Made by a program: the position numbers and the translations under genes. The notes under the pieces were generated by a model that made no database searches, was not told the origin of the DNA, and saw only the letters and a list, made by a program, of their open reading frames with translations. Shown here one piece after another: positions 25,581 through 41,716 of a DNA stretch of 64,000 bases (its first letter is position 1; each line of letters opens with the position of its first letter). Origin of the DNA: Macrostomum lignano (taxonomy: Eukaryota); the NCBI GenBank assembly GCA_002269645.1, contig NIVC01001994.1, positions 1-64,000 of the forward strand, written 5' to 3'.

Positions 25581-25955
25581 GTGTTCTATGGTCACTAATG
25601 GTGTTCTATGGTCACTAATGGTGTTCTATGGCCACTAATGGTGTTCTATGGTCACTAATGGTGTTCTATGGCCACTAATGGTGTTCTATGGTCACTAATG
25701 GTGTTCTATGGTCACTAATGGTGTTCTATGGTCACTAATGGTGTTCTATGGTTACTAATGGTATTCTATGGTCACTAATGGTGTTCTATGGTCACTAATG
25801 GTGTTCTATGGTCAGTTATAGTGTTCTATGGTTACTAATGGTGTTCTATGGTCAGTGATAGTGTTCTACGGTCAGTGACAATGTTCTATAATTAAGTGAT
25901 AGTGTTCTATGGTCATAGATAAAATTCTATGATCACAGATAGTGTTCCATGATCT
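25581..25955. repeat. 20-bp minisatellite (GTGTTCTATGGTCACTAATG)n in the putative 5'UTR intron of SLC6
   Basis: About 18 copies lying between a minus-strand donor CAG|GTAAGT (~25988) and an acceptor TATACAG (~25566). Confidence 0.95.
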
Positions 25956-26063
25956 TAGATGTCCCAGTAAAAAGGCCTATTAACTTACCTGGCAGCAGTT
26001 CAAATATAGCTGGTGTGTCAGAAGAGTGTCTCGGTCAAGCTGCGCTCAGCTCTTCACTGTCCC

Positions 26064-26069
26064 TTTATA
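26064..26069 (-). promoter_or_regulatory. Putative TATA box of the SLC6 gene
   Basis: TATAAA on the minus strand ~75 bp upstream of the strong donor at ~25988, consistent with a short 5'UTR exon. Confidence 0.45.
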
Positions 26070-27565
26070 TGTAAATATCTTGCTGACCCGATCCAACGAT
26101 AAGATCGAACAGTCAAATCTCTTTCTTTTTTGAGCGTAGCCATTAGCTCGTACTGAATATTTTACTTCGTACGGATAATTTCGCACTCCGCTCTAAAATG
26201 CGAAAATGCTTCTGTCGGTGGCTGTGGACCAGATAAGCTCGAGAAAGCATGTTGCCTTGAATTTTTGCTTAACTTGCTATGCAAAATTATTTTGTTTATT
26301 CGCTGTTTGGATCTCCTTGACAACGAAATGATCTTTTTGTCTTCTGCGCAATTCCGTGTCTCCAGCTCTGAATCTTGAATCAAAAAACCGAGTGAACTTT
26401 AAAAATAGATAACACAAACGCTTTTTTGCCACATGCTTTTAATGTGGAGTAATTAAAATTTTGGAGCAAATTAACGAATGTATGCTATTGAACTAAAAAT
26501 ACTTCGGCAGTTAACATTCTATTAGCCCTACTTGAAGTAGCAAGGTCTGTCGAATTAAAATACGGTCCTCTCAAATATATTGTGACATTAAAAGAAGCAA
26601 AGTTCCACTTTTTGCTAGGTGTACAGCGCATTTATCTCTTTCTTTTAGAAGCATAGGAGGCTTGCAAAATTCCTAGTACAATGCCTAGCTGTGTACAGTG
26701 CGCGCTATGTTTTGAGACTGTCCATGCTGTACGCTCACTTATTCAACGCTTCGACATCATTACTCAAGGCTACTACGAGGCGAATTAGGCAAATATAGGC
26801 AAACTTGGGCCGCAGATTTCCTGCAGAGAACGTTTTGGCCGTAATATGACTTACTGCAGTTTCTGTATAAATTGTGGTCTGGCACTCTATTGCTTCATCA
26901 CTATCTGTATATATGCCTCCATGGTGGGACATAAGTAACTATATAACTCGGAGCTAAAACATTTTTATATACGAATCAATATAAATAACGTATATATGTA
27001 TAACGACATACGATGCAGCTGTAATTTAGAATGCATTTCATTACTTTCGTAACGATCGAATTGAAGTTATTTTTAAAGACATTTGTGGTAAGCAGCCCAT
27101 TTTCTCTCAAGTTTTTTTTCCAATCTAACTGGATTTTGCGTGATGCAGCCCAGAGGGCGCGATAAAATGCATGTAGCCGCTCCCCAACTTGGACCAGGCA
27201 AGGCGCAGAATAATTCCTGACAAGAAATTGACGGATGAGGGGTGAGACACAAAAGAAAATTGCTTCCCAGAGTGGGGATATACTGGCTGACTGTATCCTG
27301 ACAGTGCCAGGGCTTGCTTTGGCTGATCAGCAATGGCCTAAGCTCCCTAATTCCTTGTTAATTTGCGGCTCCAAAATAGACGACCGGAATCCCGCTTCCG
27401 ACCTCCGCTTGAGTCTACTAAGCCTTGGCTTTCTGTGTGTTAACTTGCCGATTTCTTTCTTTCCCAGCCACCAAGGACCATGGCATGGGCTAATCTTCAA
27501 GCTGTAAACACCCGATTGGAAACTGGAAGGCTTGTTGGCGTCCAATTCCGGAACTTGAGCTCAAC

Positions 27566-27572
27566 TATAAAA
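27566..27572 (+). promoter_or_regulatory. Putative TATA box (TATAAAA) of the neuropeptide gene
   Basis: Canonical TATAAAA 118 bp upstream of the ATG at 27684. Confidence 0.5.
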
Positions 27573-27683
27573 TGGAGGCAGCTCCTGCAGTCTGAGTCGA
27601 TCCGGTAGGATAACTCAAACTCGCAACGGAAGGAGTCGAGAACCAGGAAGAGAAAATAGAAGAATTTTTCAGCGACACTGAGA

Positions 27684-28516
27684 ATGCGTTTCGCTTGGAC
27701 CCTGCTTCTGCTTGGCCTGCTGGCGTGCTGGGCTAACTGCGGGTCTGTTGAAGCTGGCTCTCGTGAGTGCCTCCGTACAGTCGCATTGCAGTCACGTTTT
27801 TTAGTTAATTTTTAAAGACTCCAATCATTGAATGCATAATTTTCCTGCAATTTCAGATCCTGATTGGGACGAAATGGCTGAAGGGTAAAAGCTTTTTTTA
27901 GAATGGATTTGCTACTAAATAGGCGTACTCGACCAATGGAACCTTTGAAATTAAAGGTTAATGTATTCTATTCTGAGGTGTCTTTGTGTGCACATGCAAT
28001 CTGTAGATAACATCCGTTGTGCTAGTTTACATAGATTCTTTCTTTCTCGATGCATCGTTGTGTCAGCCCTAATAATAATGCGTACAATAATAATGCTCGC
28101 AGTAGGATTGTGCTCATTCCGGAGCACATGGTCTCACATCCAGTTCTGAAGCAATTCTACCTATTCCGCTGACTCCTGAGCACACACTGTACACAGGCAC
28201 GCACTCATACACAGCATGTACACTCTCTGTGCCTTGGGAGTTGGCCCTCGTGGCTCAAATTCGTGCCATTGTACCTACGAAATGTCCACGCCTCACAGCC
28301 ATAATTGGCACAATTTCCTCCGAAAAAAAACGTTCCAGCCCGGAAGACGAGCCAGACGATGCCGGCTGTCACTGGGTGTGCCGGCCGCGCCACCTGAGCA
28401 AGCGCCCTTTCGGCGCCCTGTTCCGGCCCAGGCACCCGCCTCACCCGGATTCGGATCGCAAGAAGCGTCCGTTTGGGCCGCTGTTTAGGCCTCACGGTCG
28501 CAGGCCGCGCGACTGA
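27684..28516 (+). CDS. Neuropeptide prohormone (94 aa); exons 27684-27762, 27857-27884, 28339-28516; predicted peptides PFGPLFRPH-amide and PFGALFRPRHPPHPDSD
   Basis: Signal peptide MRFAWTLLLLGLLACWANCGSVEA, acidic spacer, two paralogous PFG[A/P]LFRP peptides bounded by KR, KKR and RR, and an amidation Gly (HGRR). Splice phases 1 and 2 join correctly to give 285 nt. Confidence 0.85.
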
Positions 28517-28785
28517 TTCCGACTAGTTTGACGCATCGCTCCGTGTTGGCCTCGCATCACATAGACTTGAATGATTTTCAAGCATAAAAGCACTGACTGA
28601 AAACTAAATAAACTTATTGTGTGGGCGTTACGACCACTCAGGCATAGAAGCTTTATGCTGACTAACTTGTCGCATATATTGTGCTTTTTGAATCGACCGT
28701 CTGCGTTGGTTGGTACGCTAAAATTCAAAATTAATAGTGGCAATCTTTGAGTATAATCTTCTTAGTCGTATTGAAGCAATAAAAG

Positions 28786-34125
<5,340 letters not shown>

Positions 34126-34324
34126 GCTAAACAGAAAGAAACTGTAGCAGTGGACAAGAAAGTGAAGTTTTTAAGCTAGTGAAGAGAAAAGCTCTTATAG
34201 TTTTGGCTTTTTTAATCAGTTGCCATGTGGAGAGAGGGGCAGGCAGAACTCAGATAACAGGTGCACACAAGCAAAAGTTATTTGTACGAGTTAGTTAGTT
34301 TTTTATTTCAAGTTAAAACTTTTT

Positions 34325-34732
34325 TTAAAATCCGACAGTTTTTGGGCAGGTCGCACCGTCCGAGGTGGTAACCATGACAACCCGTTGAAACACCTGCAGT
34401 CCGGCGCAGTCGCCCAGGTGTTGAAAAGCCCACGCGACGCCGGCTGAGTCAGTCTGGATTTGGCACCTGGCCGCGTCCGGTGTTGACATGCAGCGAGGCG
34501 GACCCGCCGAGTCCTTGGAGCCGCAGTCAAACCTGCTCAAACTGGATTTCGGTCCAGAGAATCGGTAGATCAATTGCTGAGGCTCGGCCGCTGACAGGTG
34601 CGGACAGGACTGCGTGACCAGGCGCAGCAGTTCAAATCTGAGATCGCTGTCGGCTCCAGATTCCTTTGCTACTAGAAGCAGAAGCGGCAGCAGCAAACTG
34701 ATGCGAGGCAACGTCAAGTGATTGAAGAACAT
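34325..34732 (-). CDS. Single-exon secreted 135-aa protein with six Cys; family not recognised
   Basis: Hydrophobic signal peptide (SLLLPLLLLVAKESGA), six Cys in the mature part, GC-rich codon style, and AATAAA just after the stop. Confidence 0.7.
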   Translation of the reverse strand: MFFNHLTLPRISLLLPLLLLVAKESGADSDLRFELLRLVTQSCPHLSAAEPQQLIYRFSGPKSSLSRFDCGSKDSAGPPRCMSTPDAARCQIQTDSAGVAWAFQHLGDCAGLQVFQRVVMVTTSDGATCPKTVGF

Positions 34733-36519
34733 TTTGGGGCTTCTTTAGTCAACTGAAACTATCAGAGCTGGAAAGTTACTTTGCTTCTAAATCGTTGCAT
34801 CGTTTCACCTTTTTTATAGCCATAACTATAAGCCGACGAATTTTCCAGGAACAGAACGAATTGCAACAAAAATACAGCGATGCTATTTTTGGAACAGCCA
34901 ATTACGTTTCAGCTTAATAATAATATCTTTAATAGACAGGTAGAGAGAGGGTAGCAGAGGATGTCTCAATTTTTATTATTTAAAAAAATTATGATGACAT
35001 GATTATACAGAATCGTTATCGTTTTTTATCCTCACAAGATCAACTTCAGCGGATGTCCTCTAGATATTTTCTGGGTCGGTTGAAACTATATTTAATGTGG
35101 CTAAAATTACATACGATTATTGCACATGATGACATCCTAAAAATAGCACAGTATGGGCACTTTCTCTCTCTCCTTGCCCCGCTATTTTAACTTGGAAATT
35201 CTAAGCAACGTTACTATACAACGTCGTTATAGGTGCAATTTTTAACTGATAAAAATTTCGATGCAAAGAAAGGTTAAAGTGGATAATTCCCGTGTGTGTG
35301 TGTGTGCGTGTGTGTGTGTTTGCGCACGGGGCATTTGTTGGGCCATACGCGTACAACGGGACCCGCACTGTTGGGCCAAAAAAAATGTTGGGACTGTCCC
35401 ATCAAGTCCGTCCAACACTTCCAAAAAAGTTACAATAGCAGCTCAAAAAAATACTCTATGGATTCAGCTCGACAGCCTCTTTTTGATGGTGCAACTCATT
35501 TTTAATAATTTTACTTGCTGTGTCAATAAATAAGCAAAAACTGGCGTCCCAATAAGGAAAAATGATACAAAATTCGACCAAATCACTATTGGGACACTGA
35601 AATGGCTAATTTGCTCCCGCATATTTTTATTGGTTTTTTCTCATATTTTTACTAATAGTAGATTTCAAGCGCATTCATTTGCTGCAGTCTTTGTTTCAAG
35701 ACGTAAATACATAGCATACATTAAAATACATACAAAGCAAAGCATAGCAAAACACTTTTAAGGGTATTTTATTGTCAAAGGATGGTTCTGGATGGAGATA
35801 AACCTAAAGAAATGACAAGGGCTTACATGTACTTCTGACTGTGATGGGCATCAGTCCTCTACACGAACTAAATTGTTAGGACAGTGTTGCAGTGTTGAAT
35901 ACAACTGCCCACTCTTGTTAGGACTCATGCTATTGACTGCTGCGCGCATTCGATATTCTATAAATTGTTGGGACTGTGTGCTAGAGTGTCGTTTACAAAA
36001 GCCCACTCATATTAGGACTTACCCCGTACATGTTAGGACTAAGCCCTACCCCCTGTGTACATGGCTCCAATTTACCAGAGTCCCCTTGCTAGTTAAGTGT
36101 AGATTTATTTTGGTCTATTATTGACGCCACCCCGCAAACGTACGGTAAACAAAATTGGCATGTACTCGCCATGCTGAAATCAATGGTCAACTCTGCCTCT
36201 GCCATGGCACCCGAGTCACCATGGTATGGAAAGAACAGCATGGAATGGCACAGCGATAAACATGTAAGTGGTATTAAAAAACTTTGTCGGAAACAAGAAG
36301 AATTTATATTTAAATGCTATAAAAAATACTGCTCCTGCTAAGCAGTACCTACCTTTACTTCAGGTATATCACCTTTGATCAACTGCCATGTGGCGCAATT
36401 GCCAAAGGATCCGTCGACTTTAACCGGTAAGCTGTAAAAGCTTTGAGTAAAACTTGACATTTCGTCTGAATCCATTGACATTCAATAGCCTACGTGTCCA
36501 ACCACAAAAATTATAAGTT

Positions 36520-39500
36520 TTGTACTTTTAACTCTCAGATTGGGTCTTAGCAGATTCTATAGCTATGCATGCAAGGGCCCCTCAGAGGAGATGCTTAAAC
36601 ACTGCAGTGCATTTTTCCTAGCAATTATTGGGACACGAAGTGTTGGGCCACTGTGTGTGTGTCTAGTTTTTTCCGCATTTGTTAAGTCACCTAAAGAACT
36701 CAATTAATAAAGGGCTCCAGAACAAATTGATGGGCAAACGGATGACACACTGCACAGAGACTTGTTGGGACATATTAAAAACAGCTTATTTTAGAATGGG
36801 TATACTTTACTAAAGTAGAATGCTCCTACAGAAAGCTGCAAGCAAACTAGCATCTTCTGGAGCTGACATGCAGAGAAGAATGATTTTGTCGTCCTTGAAA
36901 TCACTAAATCGATATGCGAAATCGATCTTTTGCTAATCCCACCACAGGTTCCAGTGAAAAGAAGAAACGAAACCCATTGACTAAATTGGCAGTCGACTCA
37001 ATCGATGCCGACTGCAACGGACCTGTCAGCTTCGAACTCAGGAGAGCAGCTAATAGACTACGAGAGTAATGCTAGATGCCAGAATGCTTCACAGCATCAA
37101 AGTCTTAAGCAGAAGCTTCAATGAAAGGTTAGTTCATGCTGTGGCTGCATTCGTTTTCGTGTCTAGAAGCGTTATAACTTTTTGTACTTTTAACTCTCAG
37201 ATCGGGTCTTAGCAGATTCTATAGCTATGCATGCAAGGGCCCCTCAGAGGAGATGCTTAAACACTGCAGTGCATTTTTCCTAGCAATTATTGGGACACGA
37301 AGTGTTGGGCCACTGTGTGTGTGTCTAGTTTTTTCCGCATTTGTTAAGTCACCTAAAGAACTCAATTAATAAAGGGCTCCAGAACAAATTGATGGGCAAA
37401 CGGATGACACACTGCACAGAGACTTGTTGGGACAGATTAAAAACAGCTTATTTTAGAATGGGTACACTTTACTAAAGTAGAATGCTCCTACAGAAAGCTG
37501 CAAGCAAACTAGCATCTTCTGGAGCTGACATGCAGAGAAGAATGATTTTGTCGTCCTTGAAATCACTAAATCGATATGCGAAATCGATCTTTTGCTAATC
37601 CCACCACAGGTTCCAGTGAAAAGAAGAAACGAAACCCATTGACTAAATTGGCAGTCGACTCAATCGATGCCGACTGCAACGGACCTGTCAGCTTCGAACT
37701 CAGGAGAGCAGCTAATAGACTACGAGAGTAATGCTAGATGCCAGAATGCTTCACAGCATCAAAGTCTTAAGCAGAAGCTTCAATGAAAGGTTAGTTCATG
37801 CTGTGGCTGCATTCGTTTTCGTGTCTAGAAGCGTTATAACTTTTTGTACTTTTAACTCTCAGATCGGGTCATAGCAGATTCTATAGCTATGCATGCAAGG
37901 GCCCCTCAGAGGAGATGCTTAAACACTGCAGTGCATTTTTCCTAGCAATTATTGGGACACGAAGTGTTGGGCCACTGTGTGTGTGTCTAGTTTTTTCCGC
38001 ATTTGTTAAGTCACCTAAAGAACTCAATTAATAAAGGGCTCCAGAACAAATTGATGGGCAAACGGATGACACACTGCACAGAGACTTGTTGGGACAGATT
38101 AAAAACAGCTTATTTTAGAATGGGTATACTTTACTAAAGTAGAATGCTCCTACAGAAAGCTGCAAGCAAACTAGCATCTTCTGGAGCTGACATGCAGAGA
38201 AGAATGATTTTGTCGTCCTTGAAATCACTAAATCGATATGCGAAATCGATCTTTTGCTAATCCCACCACAGGTTCCAGTGAAAAGAAGAAACGAAACCCA
38301 TTGACTAAATTGGCAGTCGACTCAATCGATGCCGACTGCAACGGACCTGTCAGCTTCGAACTCAGGAGAGCAGCTAATAGACTACGAGAGTAATGCTAGA
38401 TGCCAGAATGCTTCACAGCATCAAAGTCTTAAGCAGAAGCTTCAATGAAAGGTTAGTTCATGCTGTGGCTGCATTCGTTTTCGTGTCTAGAAGCGTTATA
38501 ACTTTTTGTACTTTTAACTCTCAGATCGGGTCTTAGCAGATTCTATAGCTATGCATGCAAGGGCCCCTCAGAGGAGATGCTTAAACACTGCAGTGCATTT
38601 TTCCTAGCAATTATTGGGACACGAAGTGTTGGGCCACTGTGTGTGTGTCTAGTTTTTTCCGCATTTGTTAAGTCACCTAAAGAACTCAATTAATAAAGGG
38701 CTCCAGAACAAATTGATGGGCAAACGGATGACACACTGCACAGAGACTTGTTGGGACATATTAAAAACAGCTTATTTTAGAATGGGTACACTTTACTAAA
38801 GTAGAATGCTCCTACAGAAAGCTGCAAGCAAACTAGCATCTTCTGGAGCTGACATGCAGAGAAGAATGATTTTGTCGTCCTTGAAATCACTAAATCGATA
38901 TGCGAAATCGATCTTTTGCTAATCCCACCACAGGTTCCAGTGAAAAGAAGAAACGAAACCCATTGACTAAATTGGCAGTCGACTCAATCGATGCCGACTG
39001 CAACGGACCTGTCAGCTTCGAACTCAGGAGAGCAGCTAATAGACTACGAGAGTAATGCTAGATGCCAGAATGCTTCACAGCATCAAAGTCTTAAGCAGAA
39101 GCTTCAATGAAAGGTTAGTTCATGCTGTGGCTGCATTCGTTTTCGTATCTAGAAGCGTTATAACTTTTTGTACTTTTAACTCTCAGATCGGGTCATAGCA
39201 GATTCTATAGCTATGCATGCAAGGGCCCCTCAGAGGAGATGCTTAAACACTGCAGTGCATTTTTCCTAGCAATTATTGGGACACGAAGTGTTGGGCCACT
39301 GTGTGTGTGTCTAGTTTTTTCCGCATTTGTTAAGTCACCTAAAGAACTCAATTAATAAAGGGCTCCAGAACAAATTGATGGGCAAACGGATGACACACTG
39401 CACAGAGACTTGTTGGGACAGATTAAAAACAGCTTATTTTAGAATGGGTATACTTTACTAAAGTAGAATGCTCCTACAGAAAGCTGCAAGCAAACTAGCA

Positions 39501-41716
39501 TCTTCTGGAGCTGACATGCAGAGAAGAATGATTTTGTCGTCCTTGAAATCACTAAATCGATATGCGAAATCGATCTTTTGCTAATCCCACCACAGGTTCC
39601 AGTGAAAAGAAGAAACGAAACCCATTGACTAAATTGGCAGTCGACTCAATCGATGCCGACTGCAACGGACCTGTCAGCTTCGAACTCAGGAGAGCAGCTA
39701 ATAGACTACGAGAGTAATGCTAGATGCCAGAATGCTTCACAGCATCAAAGTCTTAAGCAGAAGCTTCAATGAAAGGTTAGTTCATGCTGTGGCTGCATTC
39801 GTTTTCGTGTCTAGAAGCGTTATAACTTTTTGTACTTTTAACTCTCAGATCGGGTCTTAGCAGATTCTATAGCTATGCATGCAAGGGCCCCTCAGAGGAG
39901 ATGCTTAAACACTGCAGTGCATTTTTCCTAGCAATTATTGGGACACGAAGTGTTGGGCCACTGTGTGTGTGTCTAGTTTTTTCCGCATTTGTTAAGTCAC
40001 CTAAAGAACTCAATTAATAAAGGGCTCCAGAACAAATTGATGGGCAAACGGATGACACACTGCACAGAGACTTGTTGGGACATATTAAAAACAGCTTATT
40101 TTAGAATGGGTACACTTTACTAAAGTAGAATGCTCCTACAGAAAGCTGCAAGCAAACTAGCATCTTCTGGAGCTGACATGCAGAGAAGAATGATTTTGTC
40201 GTCCTTGAAATCACTAAATCGATATGCGAAATCGATCTTTTGCTAATCCCACCACAGGTTCCAGTGAAAAGAAGAAACGAAACCCATTGACTAAATTGGC
40301 AGTCGACTCAATCGATGCCGACTGCAACGGACCTGTCAGCTTCGAACTCAGGAGAGCAGCTAATAGACTACGAGAGTAATGCTAGATGCCAGAATGCTTC
40401 ACAGCATCAAAGTCTTAAGCAGAAGCTTCAATGAAAGGTTAGTTCATGCTGTGGCTGCATTCGTTTTCGTGTCTAGAAGCGTTATAACTTTTTGTACTTT
40501 TAACTCTCAGATCGGGTCTTAGCAGATTCTATAGCTATGCATGCAAGGGCCCCTCAGAGGAGATGCTTAAACACTGCAGTGCATTTTTCCTAGCAATTAT
40601 TGGGACACGAAGTGTTGGGCCACTGTGTGTGTGTCTAGTTTTTTCCGCATTTGTTAAGTCACCTAAAGAACTCAATTAATAAAGGGCTCCAGAACAAATT
40701 GATGGGCAAACGGATGACACACTGCACAGAGACTTGTTGGGACAGATTAAAAACAGCTTATTTTAGAATGGGTACACTTTACTAAAGTAGAATGCTCCTA
40801 CAGAAAGCTGCAAGCAAACTAGCATCTTCTGGAGCTGACATGCAGAGAAGAATGATTTTGTCGTCCTTGAAATCACTAAATCGATATGCGAAATCGATCT
40901 TTTGCTAATCCCACCACAGGTTCCAGTGAAAAGAAGAAACGAAACCCATTGACTAAATTGGCAGTCGACTCAATCGATGCCGACTGCAACGGACCTGTCA
41001 GCTTCGAACTCAGGAGAGCAGCTAATAGACTACGAGAGTAATGCTAGATGCCAGAATGCTTCACAGCATCAACGTCTTAAGCAGAAGCTTCAATGAAAGG
41101 TTAGTTCATGCTGTGGCTGCATTCGTTTTCGTATCTAGAAGCGTTATAACTTTTTGTACTTTTAACTCTCAGATCGGGTCATAGCAGATTCTATAGCTAT
41201 GCATGCAAGGGCCCCTCAGAGGAGATGCTTAAACACTGCAGTGCATTTTTCCTAGCAATTATTGGGACACGAAGTGTTGGGCCACTGTGTGTGTGTCTAG
41301 TTTTTTCCGCATTTGTTAAGTCACCTAAAGAACTCAATTAATAAAGGGCTCCAGAACAAATTGATGGGCAAACGGATGACACACTGCACAGAGACTTGTT
41401 GGGACATATTAAAAACAGCTTATTTTAGAATGGGTATACTTTACTAAAGTAGAATGCTCCTACAGAAAGCTGCAAGCAAACTAGCATCTTCTGGAGCTGA
41501 CATGCAGAGAAGAATGATTTTGTCGTCCTTGAAATCACTAAATCGATATGCGAAATCGATCTTTTGCTAATCCCACCACAGGTTCCAGTGAAAAGAAGAA
41601 ACGAAACCCATTGACTAAATTGGCAGTCGACTCAATCGATGCCGACTGCAACGGACCTGTCAGCTTCGAACTCAGGAGAGCAGCTAATAGACTACGAGCG
41701 TAATGCTGGATGCCAG
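36520..41716. repeat. 662-bp tandem array, ~7.9 near-identical copies, each containing a candidate exon
   Basis: The landmark CAGAT ends at 36540, 37202, 37864, 38526, 39188, 39850, 40512 and 41174 (period exactly 662). Only a few SNPs separate the copies. Confidence 0.98.

Noticed and set aside
25983-25995. U1 snRNA 5' end (ACTTACCTGGCAG)
   Set aside because: Similarity stops after 13 nt; it is the reverse complement of a consensus donor CAG|GTAAGT on the minus strand.
27073-27545. Possible LTR-retrotransposon RNase H remnant (FWSRKLT, RNYS in different frames)
   Set aside because: Motif fragments are not collinear and could arise by chance.
28339-28516. Assignment of the neuropeptide to CCAP (PF- start) or bradykinin-like peptides
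   Set aside because: The mature peptides lack the CCAP Cys pair, and the bradykinin resemblance is only compositional.
36999-37040. EF-hand loop DADCNGPVSFEL in the repeated exon
   Set aside because: Position 12 is Leu rather than Glu and no paired EF-hand is present; probably coincidental.
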